A stretch of DNA of 64,000 nucleotides from Tubiluchus corallicola (lineage: Eukaryota > Animalia > Priapulida), in the NCBI GenBank assembly GCA_030141605.1, contig JAQGDQ010000449.1, forward strand, positions 62,001 through 126,000, given 5' to 3'. The notes under the pieces were generated by a model. The model made no database searches and was not told the origin of the DNA. It worked only from the letters and a program-made list of their open reading frames with translations. Below are positions 12,201 through 24,939 of this stretch, piece by piece. Made by a program: the position numbers and the translations under genes. The stretch's first letter is position 1, and each line of letters opens with the position of its first letter.

Positions 12201-15200
12201 GTCCGTGTGTCAAAAACGGCTTGAAATTACTAAGAAAAAATTGGAGTTAAACTTGACTAGCCATTTACATGACAGCTCTAAAAAGTACTCCACCGGAAAC
12301 ATAATTCCTTAGTTTACAAACATTTTACAACTGGGAATTGAACTCCAGAATAGCATGTAGTCAGCTTCTGATGCTAATGCAAAGTTTTACAATGTACGTG
12401 AGGGAGAAGGTAATATGCAACTACTGACGCCATACATAATATGCTATTATACTATTTATCTGAATGATAGATGGGTAAACAAAAACAAAAATGCGTATGC
12501 TTATACCTTTAACTCCCGGTAAAGATCCCGACATCATTTGGTAGAAGATGTGATAGGATCTCTCCATGGGGGCCTGGGAAATCACACGGGATTTTTCCAG
12601 AAGATATGATTCAATGTCTGCTCCGGCCAACTTTCCCGTCGACCCGAAATGAATGCGAATAAATTTACCCTGTTAGAATAATTAAACAGATAAGTAATCC
12701 AGCCCAAAATTAATAGTTTAAAGTTGATAAAAAGATTATCTTTAAACATAGGATCGAAAAAAACAGCTGAAAGGTTACACTTTCTGCTTGGCGGCAAAAG
12801 TAAAACAGCGCTAAACCTTGTTAGTAAAAGAATAGGTGGGGAAAATGATTCATCTGTCTTTCTCTCATCGACACATTACCTATAGCAAAGTGTGAGTAAT
12901 TGCTTCTTAAGTGTCTAACATTTCATTTGATGATTGTGCTGATAATGAGATGAGAATAAATCCTGGTCCCACTAAAACCATTTCACATTAGTACTAGACC
13001 CTGTTATAGATTCCGGCTTACCGTATGTCGAAATACACAGACGGAAGCAGGCACGCCATCTCAAAATTGGAACGGTCTTGGTAGCATTCATCAAGCAAAG
13101 GACCGCAAGTCACTTTACTTCTAAATCCGATTACGGTTTTCAGATGGCTTTAGCTAAACAACCAAGGTGAACCTGATTCCCAGATATTTCTAATAGTTAT
13201 TGTTACTAAAAAAGTTCAGCTAGAGAAACTTTGCTAACGTAAAATAAGGTAATAACATTCGTTGCTGTATGATTTTTCGTTTGACTATTTTCAAATGAAC
13301 ATACGAATCGAGATGAGTTGTCATTTCTCACAGTCTTGGCATTACCAAAACTTTCCAACACTGGATTGGCTTGCACAATCTGATCTTCTAGTGTACCCTG
13401 GAAATGCAACAAGATCTTAAAAATGAGCATTATATATTTTTTTCACTGTGACACTATATATAGACATAGACGACTTATTTTTATTCTCTCAATCTCATAA
13501 CACCACAAGTTATCAATAATACAAATGGGGAAACATCGTCTTAGAAGTGCAGAAGAAACGGCAGCGAGAGACCATATGAGTCATCGAATTTACTACCCTA
13601 ACTCATCAAATTATAACATAATGCAGTCATTTAAATAAATGGTAGAGGATTTCATAAATTACAGAAGTGTTATAATTTAGAGGAAAAAAACAACCAACAA
13701 AAAACGTAATCGGCCACGCTTTACATATAAGTATTTTTGAAAAAGATAAAACTAAAAAAAAACAATGTCGATATAAGCAAAATTAAATTATTATTCGTGC
13801 AAATTTGGTTTAGAAGGCATTAGACTGGTTTAAGATTTACTGATTTTCCATTCGGTTATAAAAACTAATATTGTCTGGCAATGCATAAATTCTTTGCCTA
13901 AATAACTTGTTTAAAGTTAAATTACAGAACAAACAGCAATAAAAAAGCCTCGACCATTTATGTAAGTCACTGTATCAGCTACTAGCATCAAGAATACTGA
14001 TTTTAGAAAAGCTTCCTTATGTAGATTTGAAATACTGAATATATTCTGTACTTTCTTTGCCAGTTTGGGGTCTACATCTTTCTTTTTCTGTCCAGAAGCA
14101 GCCACAAGAGCGAAGTATGCAATGACCTTCTTAGTATTCTCTGTCTTGCCAGCACCTGATTCGCCACTGCGAAGAAAAAATTACAAACACTCATCAAAAT
14201 ATCGCATTCTCAAAAGTGTATTATGACTAAAAAAGTTATGACAATTATATAGCCTATACTCCGCAAGATCTAGGTATTAACTTACTGTGTTTACCACGTG
14301 ATATTGTGTTGGCGGCGGAACTAGTGATTTTGACGCTGCTGCTGCTGTTCACTTAAGCTTTTAAGTTTTAAGTATTACTGAAAAAACTTGCCAATATGCA
14401 GGTAGTTGTTTTGTACTTACGTAATAAGCATGGACTGATCTTCTCGATCTGAAAAAAAAACAATTTTTGCATGTAAGACTTGTAAGCAGATGTTAATACT
14501 GTACAGTACACTACACTTCTAGTGGGTAAAGATAGCTCCTAGAAAGGGGTACCTAGAAAGTACAAGCTTAAAAGTATCAGAGCTGATTTTGGCCGATTTT
14601 TTGTTGAGGGTACCTGAGGCCACGTTTTAACAGAATCTGAAGAGAAAAAATATTTTGCAATTTATTCTAGGTTACTCGTTAGCTTTACCCGCCTATTTGA
14701 AGGTTTTTCATTATATACATTTGATCGTTAAGTTTGTTACTATGAAAAGCTTATCGTTATGACCATCATCACTATGTCAATACCATTATTACCGTCATCA
14801 TCATTAACACTATCGTTTTTACGCGATTCGGCTCTCTGTAGGCAGAACACGGCATTCAACAGCAGAACCTACTTAATGTAGACAGTGGTAGTGGGAACGC
14901 AACCTAGCTCATTGTCAAAAATAATTATCTATGATGCGACACTGAACTGGGTTTTGCCTTATCTTGGCAAATAGGCCTTTAGTCAGCCTTGGTGAGCTTT
15001 AGTATGCTTTAGTCATTGTTTCAGACCAAACGTGGCGACCATTTAGCTACACCTCACCCCAAACTTCTCTTAGCGTTATCGGTTAACATCATGATCACCA
15101 TAAAAGGCTACAAGGTAGGTTTCCTTGTAATAACACAATAAGTGCATGTAATCATACTCCTTATGGATACTTACTTTGGACCATGTCCATGTAGGCATTG

Positions 15201-16751
15201 TCGGCAACAGCGAACAAATGGGGAGGCATTTCCTGCCGCCTCTTCCCCTTGTACTCCCTGATCACCTCTTCGTTATAAATTGGAAGTCGCTTATAAGGGT
15301 TTACGACGACACAAAAAAGTCCTGAATATGTCTATAAAAATCATAAATTTATCAAAAACACTGCGAAAATTAAATTCTAATTAAATTATCGATTTCATGA
15401 TTATGTTCTTATTATTAGGTATATTATTGCCTGTTATGCCTGTTAATCATTTGCGACATCAAAGTGACCGAATCAGCTAAATAATAAACAAAAACGTCTA
15501 AAATAACTCGCAGCAGATGTACTAGCAATCATAGAAGATCAATTGAAACTGATGAAACCCACGTAGATCAGCCAGGCGTAGTATCTTTGGCGTAGATTGT
15601 GCAACACAGACGCATCGTTCAAGTAAGTAAGATTGGCCATGTCATCGACTTTTTCAAACTTTGGTGGGTTCATTTGCTGAATTTTATCCTTCTTCAAGTC
15701 CATTTCCTAGAAACACAGAAAAGTTTCATTGTTATATTATATAAAATGGCCTTTCAAATGTTATATCATCTTCATGTTCAATATTAACATATGCACGATT
15801 ATTAAATTTAAAATTTAAATGAGTTTATTGGCTAATTGATTTTTTAGTTAATCTAGATATTTAATCAATCATACAAGATTATAAATTAGCGATTGTATAA
15901 ACATACAACTATTGTTACAGCTAGACAAATTGAAAAATTAGAAATATGGGAATATTTGGAAATTGCGCCCAAAATCATACCATAATTCCTGCTAAACAGT
16001 TTATCAAAAATATTCAAGCAATTTTGTTCTTAAAGATGCGCTTGATAGTACTTCTTTATTCGCGCAAAGAGGATTTGCTAAATTTAGCAGGTGTCATTTT
16101 CGTTTTCGGGTTTTTGGGAAACTCGACGACTGACAAGAAGCCTTTGTAAACAACACATAAAATGTAAACTATGCAATGATCGAGGGGCAAAATTTGTTAC
16201 TGTCATTCATGTGTATAAACATTTCATTGGAATTTTATTCAAAATAGCTCTGTAAATAAATAAGGCGTCAGTTTACTGCCATGATTTTGGGCCGCAGGAC
16301 GGACGAAGGACTTTGCCTAACTCGTCACTAAAATAAACGAACTTTCCCAACACTTTAAATAGCTAGTTAGTTGAATTGGCTGCTAACAGTATTTTTGTCA
16401 CACTACAGTATCCTTAGTAATATCGACCACTGCGTATGACATGCATTACTATTAAGTAAAATGATTGACGATTTCAGTTTAGAAAAATCCGTTAAATTTT
16501 TTGCCGTTTTTTTTCGTTTGAAGACTCACCTCTCCCCTTCTGACTACGGTCATCATTTCACCTTTCTCCTCTTTTATCTCGCCCATGACGTACCCTTCTT
16601 TTTTATCAGGTACCCAGCACATGGTCTTGGCATCGAAAGGCATGTTCATGGTTTCGATGACCATCTTCTCTGGCACCTTGAGGAACTGCCATGGATCCTG
16701 TTGAAGGAGCTCCTTTCCTGAATACTGAAGAGCTATTGCACACTTCAGCAT
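3282..16751 (-). CDS. Mhc: Sarcomeric (striated-type) myosin II heavy chain, paralog A; 15 coding exons, 1959 aa
   Basis: Exons (minus): 16751-16530, 15706-15563, 15331-15175, 14448-14421, 14166-14052, 13397-13305, 12669-12507, 11081-10978, 10582-9620, 9362-9157, 8989-8143, 7676-7042, 6470-6392, 5612-5167, 4959-3282. Total 5880 nt, all GT-AG with compatible phases. Motifs: P-loop GESGAGKT, switch I NDNSSRF, switch [26 protein letters not shown] motifs, WPWW..KVKP hinge and coiled-coil rod; ends RRPNIEEE*. Confidence 0.97.
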
Positions 16752-17179
16752 GGTGGTGTTTGAGGAAGCCGGCTGTTAATGAAGATTCTGGACTCGCCTG
16801 CGTCCACTTCCTATAAAGAACCATAAATGGCAAGGATAAATAGTTTAGCAAACCACAAACACCTTGTTAAACACTTATTAAAAATCCGTAGCAACGAGTA
16901 TTATAGTACTATGAAATGATAAAACAATAAGATAATATTTTCAGCATTCTGCCGTGTCCTTTTTATGTTTTTTCTCGTTTATGAAAATAAACCGTTGCAT
17001 CGTGTGACTTACAATTAGTGGGCGCTGTCCTGTGCGCGAGCATATGCGTCCAAACTTTTATACGAAGTATTGGTAATCCGACCTCCCTATTACGAAGCTA
17101 CGGCTGCCGGTATTGGCCCACGATACGCACAACTGTCAGGAAGTTAGTATCTTGTCCAATCAGGACAAGTTTGGCTTTT

Positions 17180-17415
17180 GGTCAGCGCCACACGGTGCGT
17201 TAGCGCGCTATCAAAACAGATTTTGTACACTGAATCCCAGCAGTGAAGTTCTCTAATCATGTTTCAAGAGCGTAGCGCGTGTCTGCTATAAACACTGGAT
17301 TGCATTACGAGACCTTGGGCAAGGATGCTGAGAGACAGGACAGATTCGACCTTCCCAAGCAGCTATGGCTCCAATGTGAAAACCATCCACGCTTAGCACG
17401 CGTATAACAATAATA
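17180..17415 (+). mobile_element. Degenerate SINE remnant
   Basis: GACCTTGGGCAAG (CORE-SINE-like motif) at about 17311-17323 in a GC-richer patch ending in an (AAT)-type tail. Confidence 0.35.
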
Positions 17416-17482
17416 CAAACTTCTGTTACACAACCGATTTCAAAATAAAATTTAGTTTTAATGCCACCTGCGCATAGACTAA

Positions 17483-18305
17483 GGAAAACAGGACAATTTT
17501 AAGTATCCTAATAATTTTGAAATACAGTAGAAAACAGGATGATTTTTCATATCCCGATGTATTTTGAAATACGGTAAAAAGTATACATTTTAACACCTAT
17601 AGTAATGCCAAATTGTTTCTGAAAATTACATAGTAGTTGAAAAAACTATTGCTTGAAAACTTAATTAATGGCCAGCGAGCACAACAATCAATAACCTCAG
17701 AAACGAACATAATTTTGAACGGCAGAAATATTCCACGGGCGTGTTTGTGTTTATTGATGAGCTGTGTAATAAGTATAATAAGTAATACCTGTATTGTAAT
17801 TTTTCATGCTTTGACCATTTTTTATGTATGTGTTTGTCTGTGTCAGTGTGTGCACTAATCCTGCAAACTTGTTTCTATATAATTTTAATTTTTTTTTTGT
17901 TAGTTAACGTAGTGAACTATATGTTCGAAATAAATGGTAGGCCTATAAATAAATATACTAACTGTGATACACACTGTAATAAACAAAATTATGTTTAAAG
18001 TTTAAATTCAAAGCTTACCGCTGTGTTATCACGCGATTTCAACACAAATATGCGCAGCGTCAGAACTGAACTGAGAGGTACAGAAAATGTTTTTTATGCT
18101 ACACGTTTATGAGATGCAGGCACGGTGTCCATCTAAGTAGCGAATAGTAAAATGCACGTAACAGAGGCTCGAACATAAAATTAAGCTTCGCATGTAATAT
18201 TTCTTTTACGTAAGTCACTTTTAAGAACCAATTATCCGATATTTTTTCTTTCAATATTATATATTAGATTATTTTAAGGCACCGCTTAAAATCGGGTCCT
18301 GTTCC
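17483..18305. mobile_element. Non-autonomous DNA transposon (MITE), copy 1
   Basis: Imperfect TIRs GGAAAACAGGACAATTTTAAG (17483) and CTTAAAATCGGGTCCTGTTCC (to 18305). Internal blocks (GAAAACAGG..GATTTTTCATAT..TATTTTGAAA..AAAAAGTATACA; TTACCGCTGTG) are collinear with 45183-45812. Confidence 0.65.
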
Positions 18306-18374
18306 ATATGTAACATACTCGCGAATATTAATTTTCTTTTTTGTCAAAATTAAGTGAAAGAACGTGTAACAAAC

Positions 18375-18715
18375 TATTTGTGCCCGTGGTGAGATTGCTA
18401 AAGTTTGGGTTGAGAATGCTGAAGTCGTTGGTGTTGAAGTTATGCGTGCTTTGATGCTTCGGGAAGCTTAGGATATTGAAGTGGATGGAGCTGAGGTTGA
18501 AGTAATGAGATTGACGGTAGTTGAAGTTATGGGTACTGCAGGTTCTGGGATTTCGGGCACAGCTGAATGTGCAGATGCTGAAGTTGAGTGTGCTGACATC
18601 GCGGGTGCTGAGATTATGCATATATATACATAATGAAGATGCGAATGCTAAGGTTGGGGGAGCAGAATACTGCGGATACTATCATTGCAGGTACTGAGTG
18701 CTCCGGACGTCGAGA
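18375..18715. repeat. Degenerate ~10-bp minisatellite (GTGCTGAAGT-like)
   Basis: Recurrent tgctgaag/gttgaagt/tgctgaga units. Confidence 0.6.
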
Positions 18716-18949
18716 AACAAAAATATGCACGTGATATTTCGACTTTATAACCTGTTGTGATAAAAACGTCCATGCTTCGTGCAGTATTTTTTCATAAAAG
18801 ATTTTAATATAAACTAACTATCATTATTAATAGCGTATATCACTCCTATTCAACTTCACTGTTCACTGCAAGTTTTGACAAAATATTAACAACACATAAG
18901 TAATTTCATCTACAGACAAAAAAGAATGAAATTAAACCTCATTAATTAC

Positions 18950-19125
18950 TCGCTGGTAGTAACTGTGATCCGCCTCGTCGGCTGCCACGCGATCCCTTGT
19001 CTGCTTTGCAGCTGCCGAACTCTGCCTAGAAGAGTTGGCAAAGTTTTGAGTCTGTTTGCCAACAATAGCACTGATTGACCAATAGGAGCCGTTTAAATTT
19101 ACTTTTCTTGTCGTTCATTGGTTCA
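18950..19125 (-). promoter_or_regulatory. Candidate promoter / non-coding first exon of Mhc-A
   Basis: A GC-richer patch ends in a weak donor (GTAATT at 18949). Opposed CCAAT motifs lie at about 19079-19083 and 19117-19121. The ATG exon has an acceptor ttctttatag| at 16810, so an upstream exon is expected. Confidence 0.35.
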
Positions 19126-22100
19126 TTCGCTTGCATCCAACTTGAGACGCAAATTGCAAGAGTTTAAATTTTAAGTTACGAAAAACTGTAACGAAGTTTA
19201 TCTTTGTAGGTACACTTTTGTTTGTTTATATGTTTGAGAATTGGTTACACATGAACTAAAACCTTGGTAATTCTTTATGGCAAATTAGGCGAAAATCTGA
19301 AAAGAATTGCTGATAAGCATTGCTATATTTTCGCTACATTTTTATAAGCACTTTTGCTAATGATTAACACACGCATTTCCAACATCAACAAATATACTTC
19401 CAGAGACTCAGTTTAAATGTTTGCACAACAATCTGTGATTATTGTTATTTCGAGTTCACGAAGGACGCTAGGACGACTGAAGGTGCATGGTCTTTTGGTA
19501 TAGATTTTAGCCTGCTTGCAAGAAAATTGCAGAATGTAAAACTGTCAAGTCCCAAACTTTCAGTGAAGAAAGCCCCAGATACCAATCCAGTGGCAAGTCT
19601 AATATTTTGCTTTGAGATATCACAGTGTGTGAGTAACGAGGAAGGACTTTACCTTATTGCAAGACTACATTGTTAATAATGATCCATGCGCTGTTCTAAA
19701 TTTTAGCTGCACTCTAGTTTATAAATGAAGGACTTCTTGTGAGCCTGACCACATTTCTAACTTTAGTTCCGTCGCCATAATAATGATTCCCGTGATAGTA
19801 TAAAGTATTTCCAAAGATAGCTTTTGATTGATGACAGAGTTTGTTAAGAATGGATGAAATGCTAAATAGAAAATCAGAAATCTCAAAGTGTATACTGAGA
19901 TCTTTAAGACACTCTATGTAAGCAACTGCTTACACTACGAATCACACGAAATGTTTGCTTCATTTTTTGAAAAAGAATACTGGAATTTTTGTACTTAATA
20001 AGCATTAGTTATTTATATATCTATGATTTAGTGGCTCCGGTAATAAAATTATATCATACGCTTATATAGACAATATTCACCGATATAACTACTGAAAAGA
20101 ACAGGGGAGTATATCACTTTGCCTCACATTGTTATTATCTGTAAATCCTTAGAACAAATCTGTCTCCATAATACTTTACTGCTGCTATCAGGGGTATAAG
20201 AAGCAGATAACAGTGCGAAGAAATTCGTGTGAGTCAAGCAAGTAAATAAAAAACAGAACTACCATCTTCAAATAACAATGTACATGTATAAACATTCTGC
20301 ATGATTTTGATACGTCTAACAACGGGAGGCACTTTCTTCACCTACCAAAGGCTAGTGAAACATAGTGCTTAATAAACTATCTTGAAGAATAAAAGCAAGC
20401 ATATAAATCGTCGACGCCTCCTCATGATATACAAGTGCTCAGCAAATGCAACTTCTTTGTTGTCATTTCTGATTTTACGATCCAACATCAAGGTTATTAC
20501 TAGCACAACAGTAGCGACAGCTGCTTACAGGCATGTCCTGTTTACACAAAATGAAACCCATGGATGATATACAAAAGGGCCAGTGCACTATCTCCAGTCG
20601 CAACTCAAGGCACTAAGCGCTTTTGAAGGCTTGACCATTATGAGCCAGTCACTTGCTTGTCATAGTGAAGCTTGCGTTGCCACATGCACACGTCCATGAC
20701 TGCGTATTTCCCGTATTATGGCTTTTGAGTTTTTTCATCAAATTTGCAAATTTTTACGAGATTTATGGAATTCAGCAAGCGCTACACGCATGTTCCGGGC
20801 CTCAAAAACAGCTGTTGATCTACGTTTTGGTTTGCTTCGCTATTCCAAGCCAGTGTTTATAATCAAATAAACAAAATCATAATATTTCTTGAGGTCTGTA
20901 GTTTCAGTTCCAAAAGCTTGATATTCATAAATTTCTAAAATTATCACATTCGTCAATCATGTACGCAATATCAAATTAAGTGTCTTCTAAACTATTGCGT
21001 CCAACTAAACTAAAACGCTGAGAGAGAATTTTTCTTTGCAGACTTATTAAACTTAAAATGGCAATATCTAATGTTCGTTATTATATTTTCAACAATTTTC
21101 TTGTAAAAAATCTTCGCGTATCCAACAGAAGGCTACAGAACATTAATAATTCCATTTACAGCGTTTCATTCAGTATCGTTGGAATAATAAGCGGTGTTTA
21201 CAATAAAAGAAATTTCAACATAAATGTATTTTAAATTGCATTTGCAACAAAAAAAAGCGTTGCAAGATATTACAATAAATGTTAAATATACAAAATGCTG
21301 TTATAGATTACGACATTCAGATGTGTTATATCATTAAACACATTACATAGACAGTCGCCTGTATAGATTGGCAGAGAAATTAGAATTCGTTGATTTCTTC
21401 GTATCAACAGGTTTGAATGTACATGTTTACCTTCTGCAATTGAGCTTAGGAATACACTTATGAAAAGTGTACAAAATAGGAGCAAGTTACTGAACACTCT
21501 CTTCACTTTATTTTATTTCTGGGTATAGGAATCTCAAATATTCAGTGTTGACTTTGTGTGTAGTTGCAGTGATACGATGGCATTTTCAACATGCATACAC
21601 TGTTATTTTCGCAAAACGTCCAAGGTTCTCGAGGAATTTATAGCGTCTCACTGACCTGGTTTTCTTTTCCAGTGGCTCAAACTGAAATGGATTATCTGGA
21701 TTTGAATATGTAAATTTAGCTATTGCTGCTAATCTCTGGTACTTTATCGCGGCAAGTACAAAATATGCGCTTTTGACTGCATGAAACAAATATGGACATT
21801 TTGTTGAAAGCCTGGCTGCGTTAATGCCAACTCTGGTGCAGCCTTGCTTGCTGCATGGTCACAATGCCAAAAGAATGAATCATCATCTTTTTCAGGTACT
21901 TGGCATTTCATAGTATGCTCTGCACAATTGTGATTCTCAAATCCCATTCAACGCCCAACTATCCGTAAACAAGGGCTCACATTTCTTCCTGTGCCATCTT
22001 GGAAGGTTTTATTTTTCCTAACCAGACTACTTTCTATTATCTAGTTAAGGCATGAATTGCAACACTGTAGCAAACAATAACTATAAAACATAAACTGTAA

Positions 22101-22774
22101 CTCTTCACCCATGCTGACATCAGGTAGCATGTGACGCTCTCTGTCAAGTTATTCTGTCGACTCTGTCTGATGTGTCACTCATTTCAAAATAGCTACAAAA
22201 TATCAGTCAAATAACGATAAAAGACTAGTTAATGTTGTAGTCTGGTCATATGGAGTTTGTGGTTGTTGTTGTTTGTTGTTGTTATTATTGCTGCTGCTGA
22301 CATCACTGTGGCCAATGCCATTTCCACCTCTAGTATATTATCTCAGCCGCTGCCGCTAATATTTCGGTATCTTGAATATAATTCGTTAGGCGTATCTGTG
22401 AACTCGCCTTACCGGAGATATTCTAGATACAAGGATGTAGTTCTTTGAGTCTTGCTACTCAATTTTAGCGTAACTTCAAGATACACAACAGGCTAGCTAT
22501 TTAATTTTACAACTTAAACAGATGCTTTGAACAAAACTGATCGGTGCTCGAGTCAAAATTGTACAAAAGTTCATTTGGTGATCAATTTTAACAGCCAACC
22601 TGCAATGCAGCAATTTGGCTACAAGAAGGTTCTGGCGGTTCATAACTATTATCAAGAAAGTTTTTTAACTAATTAATAAATGACAAACCAATCAGCCAAC
22701 CAGCCAACAATTAACTGGCCTACCGGCCAGCCAAATATGCCTGCAGCATATGTATACTTATAATAACATAGAAT

Positions 22775-22787
22775 TATATATATATAT

Positions 22788-22819
<32 letters not shown>
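22775..22819. repeat. (TA)n microsatellite
   Basis: Directly visible, interrupted once. Confidence 0.95.
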
Positions 22820-22823
<4 letters not shown>

Positions 22824-24872
22824 AAGTTTAATTAACGAATTAACTTAAATTCATTCACATTTATATTTACCTAAATAAGAGACAAACGAAAGAACAAACA
22901 AACAGTAATTAAAAGGCCAACAAACAGATATATAGCAGACAACCCCTGCAAAGAAGTTAAGGACGTATCTGAGAGTATTCGATTGTTAAATGGCACACTT
23001 TCTCCAGTTGCATGCAAAACTTGCTAAAGATGCTTTCCTGCACTCATACCACGATCTCATTCAACTCAATGTTTAATTAATGGTGAAATATTGCGCTGAC
23101 AGTGCTGTTGAAACCACGCTTAGTGTATTTTCACAGCATTTATCCATCAATCTTATGTGTCGCATCTGGGTAATCTATCCAGCTTGTGCCAACGTGCTAT
23201 TCATAAAACGCTAAGCTCTACATTCCAGGTTGCATTTTTGTCCTTTCTCATATAAAACTTGGTCTGTCAATCAAAGCGGCGTAAACCATATTATAAAGAA
23301 TGCCAGGATAAATTAAAACAGCCGATATGTTAATTCCTTCGTTACAGAAAGCAAATGTGAAATGGTACTAAAAAAATTTCAGAACTTAAAGACATAGGCT
23401 AAATCACGTAAAGTAAGAAAATGGCGTAGCAATGGACTGACTTGATTAACTTATCTGCCTGGTCGAGGTAAAGGGATTAAGTTTTATAAACTTTATAGAA
23501 GATGTGCAAGATCAACGTTCGCTGAAACATAGCAAAGCAACGTAACAATGTCTTGAAAGGTTTCAAACTGTCATGTACTCTTGTACGTATACTGCAATGC
23601 AATTTTACTTGTATAATGCAATTTTTATTTCCCAAAGACGATGGCTTTCACATTAGTACAAAAATATACTATGACACATTCTGTCAAGTGATAAGTTAAC
23701 ACTAATAAAATAAATGTGCTCCCTTTCGTCCAATGTGAAACACTAATATCATTGAAAGACATGTAATATAAAAACTGAAAATACAGAGCTCATTAATTGT
23801 AAAAGATACCAAATAAATGTTTCGCCCATAGTGGTAAACGGGATTAAATGTATTTGGCTAAACTTTCAGTTGAGACACCATAATCAGGACTGTCACAAAA
23901 AGAAAAATCTTGAAATATGGAATACTTGTAGTATAGTTCAACAGCATTCTGAGGAAACATGGACCCTTGTTCAGATTCTGAATAGTTGTGTGTCCAGTTA
24001 GACGCACTAAAACGTTATACAAACGAGACACTTCATGCAATACTGTCGTTTCGGGCTCCAAAATCAACAGAATGATATGCAGTCTGGGTGGCTCTTTCAC
24101 CAAAAAATATCCTATACACTCTCCGATTTACTATGCACCAGCAGAACGTAATTAGGATACAAATAATTGGACTCATGTTTTTCGCAGTAATCTTTTACAA
24201 CGGCTCCGTTTCCCCTTCTAATTTTAGTTTTCAGACGAAGGATTAGTTTTTCTTTGTTCTAAATATTCAAGATAAATTAATCATTTTTTATTTAAGGCTT
24301 GCTTGGGTTTTTTCCCTGAAATCTTTCATTATACGTTTAACAAAGCAAATCTATTCCTAGCGAAGAGCGAACATAATAACGTCATCCCAGACTGAATATA
24401 TCTACGTAACATCCTTTTTAGCCACATGAATTTAAATATACAAGTATTGTGGACAAGCCAAGTTGGTTTAACGTGTAAACCAAACAGCAAGTGTAAAGTC
24501 CCAGTAATCTAGCTTTTAAAGCCGCTGCAGCAATTTGACAGCTGCTGTTACTTGTCGAAAGCTGATAAGAGAATATTCGAAGCTGTAAAAAGTGAGTAAA
24601 GTTAAGTGAAATACTCAAGAAATCTGTCTTTCCTCACTTACATCTGCAATAATCGTTACAGGCAGAAATAACTCTCTACCAAAAATTCATCGTAACTAGT
24701 CGTACATGGGTGCATGTTTTCCGCTTTTTAACATTTGTCGTATTTAATTAGCACAATCGGATTTCTCTAAACCTAGATCATATTTCTTAAAATAAACAAT
24801 CTTTCATTTTTTTAACCATGCATTCTTGTCTGCTTATCAGTGACAACCTGCATTTGTGTAAACAGAAATACA

Positions 24873-24882
24873 TATCTATCTA

Positions 24883-24936
<54 letters not shown>
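24873..24936. repeat. (TATC)n-(TA)n microsatellite
   Basis: Directly visible. Confidence 0.95.

Positions 24937-24939
<3 letters not shown>

Noticed and set aside
10583-12506. Additional mutually exclusive exons at the Drosophila exon 7, 9, 11 or 15 positions in either gene
   Set aside because: No duplicate exon-like sequence is visible in the flanking introns; those regions are single or fused exons.
16821-16830. Perfect CArG (SRF) boxes at 16821, 26070 and 54193
   Set aside because: A few are expected by chance in 64 kb of AT-rich DNA, and they are not positionally conserved between the paralogs.
21540-22010. Coding-like fragments (also 25850-26470, 47700-48330 and 55700-56250)
   Set aside because: Probably decayed transposon sequence, but I can assign no motif with confidence.
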